Assembly (NCBI GenBank): GCA_963822965.1
Contig: CAWGJT010000005.1
Location: 1,536,001 to 1,600,000 of the forward strand
Length of the DNA stretch: 64,000 bases
Origin: an uncultured delta proteobacterium
GTDB lineage: Bacteria > Myxococcota_A > UBA9160 > UBA4427
Reading direction: 5' to 3'
Part shown: positions 12,458 through 21,485 of the stretch, one piece after another
Layout of the letters: each line of letters opens with the position of its first letter
Position numbering within the stretch: position 1 is the stretch's first letter
The notes under the pieces: generated by a model
The model's input: only the letters and a program-made list of their open reading frames with translations
The model's database searches: none
Told to the model about the DNA's origin: nothing
Position numbers and translations under genes: made by a program

Positions 12458-13732
12458 TCAGTTCCGACGATCCTCGGCCCGGTAGACGCTGAGGCGGCTG
12501 TAGAGCGTCTTGACACTGATGCCGAGGGTCTTCGCGGCCTTCTTCTTGTCGCCCTGCAGCTCCTCGAGGGTCGCCACGATCAGCCTCTTCTCGGCTTCCG
12601 CGATGGGCATGCCGACCCGAACGCCCAGCTCCTGCTCCCCGTCGTGGCTGCCAGCCAGCAGATCCGAAGAGAAGGGATCCGCCGAGAAGTGCCGCAGGTC
12701 GATGGCTCGCTCGGCGAGGATGAACGCGCGCTCGAGCGCGTTGCGAAGCTCGCGGACGTTGCCGGGCCACGAGTGCGCCTGCAGATGCTCCAGTGCGTCG
12801 TCGGTCAGCTCCTTGCGGGTGGCGTTCTCCTGGTTCAGGTCGTGGAGGTGATTCCGCGCGATGAGCGTCGCGTCGTCCGCACGATCGCGCAGCGGCGGGA
12901 GCTCGACGGGGAAGACCAGCAGCCGATAGAAGAGATCCTCCCGCAGCGCCTTCTGCTCGAGTGCCTCGTGGGGATCCCGGTTGGTGGCAGCGATCACCCG
13001 GACATCCACGTCGATGGGACCGTCTCCACCGACGCGGCGAACCTTGCGCGATTCGAGCACACGCAGGAGCTTGACCTGCAGGTCGAGGGGCATCTCGGTG
13101 ATCTCGTCCAGGAAGAGCGTGCCGCCCTGGGCCCGCTCGAAGAGCCCGATGTGTCGTCGGTCCGCCCCGGTGAAGCTCCCCCGCTCGTGCCCGAAGAGCT
13201 CCGCTTCGATGAGGCTCGGGGACAGGGCCCCGCAGTTCACCGTCACGAAGGGCCGGGTGGCGCGCGGGCTCAGTCCGTGGATCAGCTCGGCGGCGAGCTC
13301 CTTGCCCGTTCCCGATTCGCCCACGAGAAACACGCTCGCGGAGGTCGGCGCCACACGCAGCAGCTGGTCGTAGATCCGCTGCATCGGGGGCGACTTGCCG
13401 ATCAGGCGACCGAAGCGCGCGAGCGGCGGCGGGCGCCGATCGCCTTCGTCCCTCGCGGTCCACGCCGCGTCCGAGCATGCGCCCGTCACGGGCAATGGCC
13501 CCTCGGCCAGGTCGTCGAACAGATGGATTCCCCGGGAATCCAGCATGTTCCGATCCGCCAACGCGAGATCGAAGTTCTGCTCGTCGAGCTCCGCGTTCGC
13601 CTTCTCGGGTGTCTCCGCGGCGCGTGCCGCAAACCCCACCTGGCCCACCCAGCGTCCGAGGGACGCGCGACGGATGGGATCCACGTCGATGATGAGAGCG
13701 GTGGGTGGTCGTTGCTCGCTTCGGGGCATCAT
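12458..13732 (-). CDS. sigma54-dependent (NtrC/Fis-family) enhancer-binding protein with a truncated receiver-like N-terminus
   Basis: Walker A GESGTGKE, ELFGHERGSFTGA, GGTLFLDEI, WPGNVRELRN, C-terminal Fis HTH (AAKTLGISVKTLY); AGGAGG before ATG 13732. Confidence 0.93.
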   Translation of the reverse strand: MMPRSEQRPPTALIIDVDPIRRASLGRWVGQVGFAARAAETPEKANAELDEQNFDLALADRNMLDSRGIHLFDDLAEGPLPVTGACSDAAWTARDEGDRRPPPLARFGRLIGKSPPMQRIYDQLLRVAPTSASVFLVGESGTGKELAAELIHGLSPRATRPFVTVNCGALSPSLIEAELFGHERGSFTGADRRHIGLFERAQGGTLFLDEITEMPLDLQVKLLRVLESRKVRRVGGDGPIDVDVRVIAATNRDPHEALEQKALREDLFYRLLVFPVELPPLRDRADDATLIARNHLHDLNQENATRKELTDDALEHLQAHSWPGNVRELRNALERAFILAERAIDLRHFSADPFSSDLLAGSHDGEQELGVRVGMPIAEAEKRLIVATLEELQGDKKKAAKTLGISVKTLYSRLSVYRAEDRRN

Positions 13733-14447
13733 GTGTGTTGGTTCCTCCTGCTCGTAGGGTTCGACACTCGTCGGCGGGAGATCCAAACCAGCCGGGGCGG
13801 ATCACGAAGCGGGATTCCGGAGCAATCTCGCACCTGCGCTTCAGGGAGCCTGCGACGTGTCGGTCGGGAAGCAGCCCGACCTTCGTTCGTCCCGGCTCTC
13901 GGGACCCACCGCGTTCTCTCGAGGACGGCAGAGGACTTCCCGCCGCAATGCGACCGCCTGTCCTCGCGAAACCGGCAGACGAGCCAATCGTCGCTATCGA
14001 CGTCGCTCGGAAGAGGCGGGTTCCTGAAGCTGCGCGGGATCAGGAGCGGGGGCGCGGAACCGGGTTGTGGATGCGCCTGATCATCACTTCGCGCACTCTT
14101 CGCGCACTCTCGGCCTTTCTCGCTCGGCCTTTCGCGCTCGGCCTTGGCGGCCGTCGGTCGGTCTCTAGATGCTCGAGAATCGGCGCGTGGCAGGCGAGTG
14201 GCTCGCACCACATGCTGATTCGATCGCCGTCTGGTGATGATAGCGGGACATGCCCTTCGCGTCACCCGCGCGGGTTCGCGCCCATGCATCCGTCCACACA
14301 CCCTCCACACACACTGCAACACCGCCACTGCAACGCCGCCGGGTCGTGAGAATCCCTGCGGCCCGGAAGGAACGGCTGCGGCGTTTGCTTCGTCCAAACA
14401 GGCGCCGAGCCCGAAGCCACGGCGCGACCGGCCAACCGGAGGAACAA

Positions 14448-15845
14448 ATGGCGAAGCACACTGGCAAGACCAGGCGCACAGGCACGACGAAGAGCGGGGG
14501 CACGACGAGGCGCACGCAGACGACGAAGCCCAGTGGCATGGATGCGACGGAGACGTTCGATCGCCTGGCTCCGGCCATCGTCGCACGCGGCGTGGACAAA
14601 GGAACGACGCATCGTCCCGACCTGGTCGTCACGCCACGGCTTGCCGCCCTGCGCCGCGCGGGCACGAGGCACGTGTACGGAGACAGTGCCGACGTGCGGG
14701 AGCTCGACCTGCTGCTGACGACGAGCCCGGGTGTGATCCATGGGGAGATCGACGGAAACACCGCGAACCAGCCCCTCATCCGAAAGGTCGTCGCGCGCTA
14801 CCTCGACGCCGGTCACCCGCGCGCCTGGGCGGACGAGCTGCTCGAGCGGTGTCCCGGCCTCTCGCACGACGACCTCGTGATCCTGCTCTACTCGATCGTC
14901 TGCGCTCGCATCGGCAACGACGTCACGCGTTCGTTCGCCTCCGGACGTGCGTGGGAGGTGAGCCTCCAGCTCCACATGGGACTCTCCAACCATGCCGCCG
15001 CGGCGCGTTGGGTCGGTCGCCTGCTGCGTCGCATGGTCCCGAGCGCCTTCGTGAAGGTTCCCTTCACCCCGGACGCACCCCAGTGCCTTCTCGTCGCCCG
15101 GGACCTCGAGCGGTCGGGAATCCCGGTCAACTTCACCTCGACGTTCTCGGCCCGGCAGGTCGTCACGGCTGCGCTCCTGACCAACGCGACCCGCACCAAC
15201 ATCTTCATGGGGCGCCTCAACCAGGGCCTGCAGGCCGATCTCCTGGGCGAGCACGTGGATCTGGAGGCACAGCGTGCACTGCGGCGCCTTCGCGAGGGGT
15301 CCGGCGTCACGAGCGAGCTCATCGTCGCCAGCGTCCACGACTGGCAGACGTTCGTGCGGGTGGCCGGTTGCGACGTCTTCACCGCGCCCTGCAGCGTGAT
15401 CCGGAGCTTCCTCGAGCAGGACGAGGTGCCGCCGGCGGAGATCGAGAGCCGCCTGGAGACCTCCTACGAGGGAGAGCTCGGTGTCTCCACCGAGGTCCTG
15501 GAGAAGATCGACGCGCACCGGATCGCCCGCCTCTACCGGGTCGAGCCCGAGCTCGTGGACTTCCTACAGGAGTATCGCAAGGCGCCGGAGTACGGGCGGC
15601 TACGGGACGGCGAGGCGCTCTACAAGCGCTTCGACCAGGCCGGCTTCGGCGACCTCTTCCACCAGCCCAGCGAGCGAGAGCAGCAGGAGATGGAGCGGGG
15701 AAAGCTTCCGGATCTGGACGGCACCCTGATCGAACGGGTCCCCATCGACACGCACTTCACGCTGCTGGCCAACGCGGACTTCCGCCGCGCCCAGCTCGAG
15801 ATCGACGCAGAGATCGAGAAGCGTCTGGAATCGTCCGGACGATGA
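14448..15845 (+). CDS. Divergent transaldolase/fructose-6-phosphate aldolase family protein
   Basis: GDSAD, DGNTANQPL (cf. TTNPS), VSLQL, FVKVPFT (Schiff-base Lys), VNFTSTFS..Q, IFMGRL, LIVASV; GGAGG RBS. Confidence 0.72.
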   Translation: MAKHTGKTRRTGTTKSGGTTRRTQTTKPSGMDATETFDRLAPAIVARGVDKGTTHRPDLVVTPRLAALRRAGTRHVYGDSADVRELDLLLTTSPGVIHGEIDGNTANQPLIRKVVARYLDAGHPRAWADELLERCPGLSHDDLVILLYSIVCARIGNDVTRSFASGRAWEVSLQLHMGLSNHAAAARWVGRLLRRMVPSAFVKVPFTPDAPQCLLVARDLERSGIPVNFTSTFSARQVVTAALLTNATRTNIFMGRLNQGLQADLLGEHVDLEAQRALRRLREGSGVTSELIVASVHDWQTFVRVAGCDVFTAPCSVIRSFLEQDEVPPAEIESRLETSYEGELGVSTEVLEKIDAHRIARLYRVEPELVDFLQEYRKAPEYGRLRDGEALYKRFDQAGFGDLFHQPSEREQQEMERGKLPDLDGTLIERVPIDTHFTLLANADFRRAQLEIDAEIEKRLESSGR

Positions 15846-16372
15846 GTCTCCAGTCCCGAGATCCGAGCCTCGACGGTGGCCTTCCGGACGCGGTCGGCCT
15901 GGGCCTCCAGGAGCCGCCCAGCCTCGGCCTCCGGGAAGCGCCCAGCCTCGGCCTCCGGGAAGCGCCCAGCCTCGGCCTCCGGGAAGCGCCCAGCCTCGTG
16001 GAACGGTCCGCGGAGGCTCTCTTCGGGTCCCTGACCGACGGCGTGCTGATCCACCAGCACGGGCGGATCGCCTATGCGAACCGTCGGCTCTGCACGCTTC
16101 TCGGCTTCGAGCCCGACGAGTTCCACGGGCGCCCCGCGCTCGCGTTGTACCCCGACAGCGACTACCTGATGGCCCTGGCCCGCTGGCAACGGGCGGCGTT
16201 CTCGGCGAGCCGAACGGCGGTCACCCATCACCGCCTGCTGCGCCGGGACGGTGGGACCGTCTCAGTGGAGGTGTCCTCGCTGCTCCTCTCCATCGAGGAC
16301 GGCGAGGCGCTGGTGATCGAGGTGATCAGCCGCTCTCCGGCCTCGCGGAAGGGATCCACGCGACCCGCCTGA
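15842..16372 (+). CDS. Small stand-alone PAS-domain protein with an N-terminal 8-aa tandem repeat
   Basis: LFGSLTDGVLIHQHGRIAYAN..LLGF...EFHGR, RRDGGTVSVEVS; ATGA overlap with the upstream stop. Confidence 0.75.
   Translation: MSLQSRDPSLDGGLPDAVGLGLQEPPSLGLREAPSLGLREAPSLGLREAPSLVERSAEALFGSLTDGVLIHQHGRIAYANRRLCTLLGFEPDEFHGRPALALYPDSDYLMALARWQRAAFSASRTAVTHHRLLRRDGGTVSVEVSSLLLSIEDGEALVIEVISRSPASRKGSTRPA
15902..15997 (+). repeat. 24-bp in-frame tandem repeat x4 (GLREAPSL)
   Basis: GGCCTCCGGGAAGCGCCCAGCCTC x3 exact, plus one degenerate first copy. Confidence 0.95.
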
Positions 16373-16435
16373 GGGCCGGCGTCGCGCGGCCGGGGGCGCG
16401 CTCGACGGCGCTACCGGCTTCGGCTTCGGCGAGGC

Positions 16436-16663
16436 TCAGCCGCGCCCGAACAGAACGCGGGGGGCTCGCGGCTCGAGGCGGCTCACGGCGGCCCGTCCCA
16501 GGTCGTCCGCCGCGAGATCGTCCTCTCCCGCACCCGCGGCGCCGTGCTCGGCAAGAAAGGCAAGCACCTGGCTGCGTGCTTCCCGAACCGAGCTCGCCGC
16601 CACCCGCAGCTCCACCTCGCTCGCCCCCGACCTGACCTTCCAGGAGTACGTGTAGATCCTCAT
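16436..16663 (-). CDS. Small hypothetical protein (75 aa)
   Basis: Strong AAGGAAGGAG RBS; protein-like sequence MRIYTYSWKVRSGASEVELRV; lies downstream of the ligD-PE gene on the same strand. Confidence 0.55.
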   Translation of the reverse strand: MRIYTYSWKVRSGASEVELRVAASSVREARSQVLAFLAEHGAAGAGEDDLAADDLGRAAVSRLEPRAPRVLFGRG

Positions 16664-16715
16664 GAACATCTCCTTCCTTCAACTCGAGCCGGTCTCACGC
16701 CCGTCTCGAGCCGTC

Positions 16716-17348
16716 TCACGTCCGCCCGCCTTCGCCATCGTCGGCCTCGGCCGCCACCTCTGCAACGGTTCGACCGGAGAGGACGCTCTCGGGTTCCGTG
16801 CGGGTGGGGTTGCGCCGGGCGTCGGCCCCTTCGTCCTTCATCTTGACGAGGAGCCAGTTCCTCTCGTCACCCCCCGAGCGGCTGTGCACCAGCGCATAGC
16901 CTCCACGCAGCTTCCGGCCCTCGAGCCACACCTCCACGGGGCCGTCCGCCAGAGCCGACTCCATGGCCACCTCCTTCCCCTCGTCGTCGTACCGCAGGTT
17001 CCGGTACGGCCCGGCGTCCCAGACGATGACGGTGCCGGCGCCGTACTCGCCCTCGGGAATCACCCCTTCGAAGTCCGCGTAGTCGAGCGGATGGTCCTCC
17101 ACCGCCACCGCCAGCCGCTTGTCGCGGGGATCGGTCGACGGACCCTTCGGCACCGCCCACGACTTGAGGACGCCGCCCACCTCGAGCCGGAAGTCAAAGT
17201 GATGGTGGCTGGCGTCGTGCTCGTGGACGACGAAGATGGGATTGTGGCTCTTGCGGAAGCGCGGGCGTCTGCTCTCGTCTCCGGCGGGCTCGGGCGAGCG
17301 GGCGAAGTCGCGCCGGGAGCGATAGCGCGCGAGCGCACCGTGCTTCAT
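16716..17348 (-). CDS. Stand-alone LigD 3'-phosphoesterase (DNA ligase D N-terminal) domain protein
   Basis: YRSRRDF..SPEP, FVVHEHDASHHHFDFRLE, LKSWAVPKGPS, RLAVAVEDHPLDY..FEG.IP.GEYGAG.VIVWD. Confidence 0.92.
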   Translation of the reverse strand: MKHGALARYRSRRDFARSPEPAGDESRRPRFRKSHNPIFVVHEHDASHHHFDFRLEVGGVLKSWAVPKGPSTDPRDKRLAVAVEDHPLDYADFEGVIPEGEYGAGTVIVWDAGPYRNLRYDDEGKEVAMESALADGPVEVWLEGRKLRGGYALVHSRSGGDERNWLLVKMKDEGADARRNPTRTEPESVLSGRTVAEVAAEADDGEGGRT

Positions 17349-19813
17349 GGGCGCGGCGCGTGTGACTCGGCCAGGTCAGCCTCCGCGGCCGCCACCTCGC
17401 GCTTCGCCGCCAGGAAGGCGTCGGGACTCACCGAGACGGAATCGATTCCGGCCTCGACGAGGAGCCGCGCGAAGCGCGGGTCGTCACTGGGTGCCTGACC
17501 GCACAAGCCCACCTCGGCCCGACGGCTATGGGCTCGCTCGATGAAGTCGCGGATCGCGCGGGTGACCGCCCGGTGGCCGGCGTCGAAGAGCGGCGCGAGC
17601 TCCTCGGAGTCCCGGTCCACGCCCAGCACGAGCTGGGTGAGATCGTTGCTGCCGATCGAGAACCCGTCGAAGCGGTCGGCGAACTCCTCCGCCAGGAACA
17701 CGTTCGACGGGATCTCGCACATCGCGTAGACGGCCAGGCCGCCGCGGCCTCGCACGAGCCCGTTCTCGGCCAGCACACCGAGAACCCGATCCGCCTCCTC
17801 GGGGGTCCGGCAGAACGGGATCATCACGATCACGTTCGACAGGCCCATCTCCTCGCGAACCCTCCGCACCGCGCGGCACTCGAGCGCGAAGCCCTGGCGA
17901 TACCGCTCGCTGTAGTAGCGGGACGCGCCCCGGAAGCCCAGCATCGGGTTCTCCTCCACGGGCTCGAACTCCCGTCCCCCCAGCAGCTCGGCGTACTCGT
18001 TGGTCTTGAAGTCGCTCATGCGCACCACGACGGGTCGCGGATACTGGCAAGCCGCCAGACGCGCGATCCCGTAGGCCAGCCGGTCGACGAAGTAGGCCTC
18101 CTTGTCGTCCCAGCCGCGGGTGAGCTCGGCGATGCGGGAGCGGGCTTCTTCGTCCTGCAGCTCGTCGTATCGAACGAGGGCCATGGGATGGACACGGATC
18201 GCGTCGTTGATGATGAACTCCATGCGCGCGAGGCCCACGCCGTCGGCCGGAAGCTGTGCCCAGCGGAAGGCGGTTCCCGGGTTCGCGAGGTTGATCATCA
18301 CCCGCGTGCGGGTCCGGGGAACGTCCTCGAACGACAGATCCTCCACCTCGTACTCGGCCGCCCCGTCGTAGACGCGCCCCTCGTCGCCCTCGGCGCACGA
18401 CACGGTCACGGACTGCTCGTCGCGGAGCATCTCGGTGGCGTTGCCGGCGCCCACGATCGCGGGAACGCCCAGCTCGCGGCTGACGATCGCCGCGTGCGAG
18501 GTGCGGCCGCCGTGGTCGGTCACGATGGCGGCGGCCCGCCGCATGATCGGAACCCAGTCGGGGTCGGTCGTCCCGGTCACCAGGACCGCGTCCGTGACGA
18601 AGCGGTCGATCTCCGACGCGTGCTGGATGGTGCACACGGGCCCCGTCGCCACTGCATCGCCGATGGCCAGCCCCCTCACGATGGGCTCCCCGGCGTCGCG
18701 GATCCTGTAGCGGCGCAGCGACGCCCCCTTCTCCTGGGAGTGCACCGTCTCCGGCCGGGCCTGCACCACGAAGAGCTCGCCCGTGTCCCCGTCCTTTGCC
18801 CACTCGACGTCCATCGGGCTGCCGTAGTGCCGCTCGATCAAGCAGCCCCAACGAGAGAGCCGGAGGATCTCCTCGTCCGTGAGAACGAGGCGCAGACGCT
18901 CCTCCGCGGAGGTCTCGACCGTCTCGACCGCATCGTCGTCCCCGTCGGAGCCGGACGCCTTCTCGGCGTACACGATCTTGATCTGCTTGCGGCCCCGCCT
19001 CACGTCCAGGATGGGCTTGACCCCCTCTTCATCGAGGAGCTTCTTGAAGACCGTGTACGAATCGGGGTCGGCGGTTCCCTGGACGACCGTCTCGCCGAGC
19101 CCCCAGTTCGCATCGATCACGATCACGTCCCGGAAGCCCGTCTCGGGATCGAGCGTGAAGAGGACGCCCGCACCGGCGCGATCCGCGCGAACCATCTCCT
19201 GCACGCCGATTGACAGGGCGACGTCGTCGTGCCCGAAGCCCTGCTCCTCCCGATAGCTGATGGCGCGATCCGTGAAGAGCGACGTGTAGCAGCGCAGACA
19301 GGCGTCGAGCAGGGCCTCCTCGCCGCTCACGTTCAGGAAGGTCTCCTGCTGTCCGGCGAAGCTCGCCCCGGGAAGGTCTTCGGCGGTGGCACTGCTCCGC
19401 ACCGCCACGTGGAGCGTTTCGCGCTCGCAGCGCGCGGCGAGATCCCGGTACGCGTGGCGGACGGCCACCGCGATCTCCTCGGGAAAGACGGCCGCCTCGA
19501 ACGCCTGCCGGATCGTTCCGGCGACGCTCTGGATGGACGACTTGCCGGCGTGCAGAGCCCGCATGCCATCCGCGATCGTCTCGCCCAGCTCGTTGTGCTC
19601 GACGAAGCGCCGATAGGCCGAGGCGGTGGTAGCGAAGCCGCGGGGCACCCGGATGCCGCGGGGCGAGAGGGCCCGCGTCAGCTCGCCCAGCGAGGCGTTC
19701 TTTCCGCCGACCTTCGCGACGTCGTCCGAGCCCAGGCGCTCGAGCGGCTGCACCCACTGCGCCGCACCTTCCTCTCCCTTCGCCTTCGTTCGAGACTTCG
19801 TTCGCGGACTCAT
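17345..19813 (-). CDS. ppsA: Phosphoenolpyruvate synthase
   Basis: VGGKNASLGE, VAVRSSATAEDLP.ASFAGQQET, GGRTSHAAIVSRE, ENPMLGFRGASRY, FSIGSNDLTQ, CGQAPSD; GGAGG RBS before ATG 19813. Confidence 0.96.
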   Translation of the reverse strand: MSPRTKSRTKAKGEEGAAQWVQPLERLGSDDVAKVGGKNASLGELTRALSPRGIRVPRGFATTASAYRRFVEHNELGETIADGMRALHAGKSSIQSVAGTIRQAFEAAVFPEEIAVAVRHAYRDLAARCERETLHVAVRSSATAEDLPGASFAGQQETFLNVSGEEALLDACLRCYTSLFTDRAISYREEQGFGHDDVALSIGVQEMVRADRAGAGVLFTLDPETGFRDVIVIDANWGLGETVVQGTADPDSYTVFKKLLDEEGVKPILDVRRGRKQIKIVYAEKASGSDGDDDAVETVETSAEERLRLVLTDEEILRLSRWGCLIERHYGSPMDVEWAKDGDTGELFVVQARPETVHSQEKGASLRRYRIRDAGEPIVRGLAIGDAVATGPVCTIQHASEIDRFVTDAVLVTGTTDPDWVPIMRRAAAIVTDHGGRTSHAAIVSRELGVPAIVGAGNATEMLRDEQSVTVSCAEGDEGRVYDGAAEYEVEDLSFEDVPRTRTRVMINLANPGTAFRWAQLPADGVGLARMEFIINDAIRVHPMALVRYDELQDEEARSRIAELTRGWDDKEAYFVDRLAYGIARLAACQYPRPVVVRMSDFKTNEYAELLGGREFEPVEENPMLGFRGASRYYSERYRQGFALECRAVRRVREEMGLSNVIVMIPFCRTPEEADRVLGVLAENGLVRGRGGLAVYAMCEIPSNVFLAEEFADRFDGFSIGSNDLTQLVLGVDRDSEELAPLFDAGHRAVTRAIRDFIERAHSRRAEVGLCGQAPSDDPRFARLLVEAGIDSVSVSPDAFLAAKREVAAAEADLAESHAPRP

Positions 19814-19856
19814 CTGTCCGACCTCCGGGGTCATTGCCCTGCGTCCGGGTTATACC

Positions 19857-19872
19857 AGCAAGGCGCGTGCCA
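19857..19872 (-). promoter_or_regulatory. sigma54 -24/-12 promoter of the ppsA operon
   Basis: Minus strand TGGCACGCGCCTTGCT, a perfect consensus, ~45 bp upstream of the ATG. Confidence 0.85.
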
Positions 19873-20015
19873 GCACCCGGCTGGCCCGGAGCCCGGCCCC
19901 GGGGACGCGCGGACGCTCGTCGTCCCGACCGACGACCGCCCTCTCGGCCGGCCCACACGGCAGATTCTGCAATCGGGTCGGGCCCTTGAAACGGCCCTCG
20001 AGCAGGGGTCGCGGA

Positions 20016-21131
20016 TCAGCGCGGAGCCCGGTAGCCACCCGGCACGCCGTGGGGAGAGAGGACGATCTGCCACAGCTGGTTGCGACGGGCGCGGAATGTT
20101 GCCGCACAGCTCTGCAGGTAGAAGCGCCACATGCGCCGGAACGACTCGTCGTAACGCTCGGCGAGCGCCGGCCAGGCCTCGTCGAAGCTCTCGAGCCAGT
20201 GCATCAGCGTGCGGTCGTAGTCCGCACCGAAGTTGTGCCAGTCTTCCATCACGAAGAGGCCCTCGATGGCCTGACACACCTGCGTCATCGAAGGCAGCAT
20301 CGAGTTCGGGAAGATGTATCGGCCGATCCAGGGATCCACCGAGCGGACGGACTCCAGGTTGCCGATGGTGTGCAGCAGGAAGAGCCCTTCCGGATGCAGG
20401 TGCTCGCGCACCACCTGCATGAAGCGCCGATAGTTCTTGTACCCGACGTGCTCGAGCATCCCCAGGGAGAAGACGCGGTCGAAGCAGCCTTCGATGCTGC
20501 GATAGTCCTGGAGCCGAATCTCGACGGGGAGCTTCGCGCAGCGCTGACGCCCGACCTCGAGCTGGTCCCGGGACACGGTGATCCCCACCACCTCCACGCC
20601 GTAGCGCCGGGCGGCGAACCGCGCGGCCCCGCCCCAGCCGCAGCCGACGTCGAGCACGCGCATGCCGGGCTTCAGCTGCAGCTTGCGGCAGACGAGATCG
20701 AGCTTCGCCTCCTGGGCCTCTTCGAGCGACGTTGCATCCCGCCAGTAGCCGCACGAGTAGATCTGCCTGGTGTCCAGCATCGCGCGAAAGAGGTCGTCGC
20801 CGAGGTCGTAGTGGCGCCGGGCGACCTGGCCGACCCGCGCGACCCGCTGGAGATTGCGGAAGCGGCCGCGGATCGTCTCGACCCGGGACGCGATGGACCG
20901 GAAGCGCCGGTCGACGTCGGCCGAGAGCAGGCGGTAGAAGAGCTCGTCGAGACGGTCGCAGTCCCATCCTCCGCCCACGTAGGACTCGCCGAGGGCCAGG
21001 GAGCCCTGGGCGAAGACTCGGGCCAGAACGCGCTCGTCGTGGATCTGAGGATCCCACGGCCGGCTTCCGTCGAGGATCACGTCGGCTGCGTCGATCCGGC
21101 ACTGGACCTGTCTTCGAAGGCGTGAAGACAT
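20016..21131 (-). CDS. cfa: Cyclopropane-fatty-acyl-phospholipid synthase
   Basis: GSLALGESY, HYDLGDDLF, YSCGYW, VLDVGCGWGG, DPWI.RYIFPN, EDWHNFGADYDRTLM.W, F.RMWRFYL. Confidence 0.94.
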   Translation of the reverse strand: MSSRLRRQVQCRIDAADVILDGSRPWDPQIHDERVLARVFAQGSLALGESYVGGGWDCDRLDELFYRLLSADVDRRFRSIASRVETIRGRFRNLQRVARVGQVARRHYDLGDDLFRAMLDTRQIYSCGYWRDATSLEEAQEAKLDLVCRKLQLKPGMRVLDVGCGWGGAARFAARRYGVEVVGITVSRDQLEVGRQRCAKLPVEIRLQDYRSIEGCFDRVFSLGMLEHVGYKNYRRFMQVVREHLHPEGLFLLHTIGNLESVRSVDPWIGRYIFPNSMLPSMTQVCQAIEGLFVMEDWHNFGADYDRTLMHWLESFDEAWPALAERYDESFRRMWRFYLQSCAATFRARRNQLWQIVLSPHGVPGGYRAPR

Positions 21132-21178
21132 CGGCAATCCCGCCTTGCCGGCTGTACGACCGACAGTGTAGTGCGTCC

Positions 21179-21194
21179 TGCACGGCTCGTGCCA
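21179..21194 (-). promoter_or_regulatory. sigma54 -24/-12 promoter of cfa
   Basis: Minus strand TGGCACGAGCCGTGCA, ~50 bp upstream of the ATG. Confidence 0.72.
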
Positions 21195-21405
21195 GGACGC
21201 TCCGGGGACGCCCGGAAGAACACGGAGGGGATCCCGGCAAACCCGAGGCGGCGCAGCGGCCCGGCCGGGTGCAGCCGGATGCAGCGGGTAGGAGGAGGGC
21301 GACACATTTGTAGATTCGTGCCGTCAGGACCACACCCGACCGGGAAGGCGAGACCGCGCCGGCCAGAGGCGGGGCGAGATCGCGCGGAGAGGCGGAGGTA
21401 GCGCC

Positions 21406-21421
21406 CGGCACGTGCCTTGCA
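21406..21421 (+). promoter_or_regulatory. sigma54 -24/-12 promoter of the ackA-like/S2P operon
   Basis: CGGCACGTGCCTTGCA, ~65 bp upstream of GTG 21486. Confidence 0.75.
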
Positions 21422-21485
21422 CCCACGTGGATCGCAGCGCAGTGCTGCAGCCAGCCGGTGGCACGGCGAGCGGGAGGTCGGCACC

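Noticed and set aside
15902..15997. 24-bp repeats as a possible CRISPR array
   Set aside because: No spacers, in-frame coding tandem repeat, no cas genes
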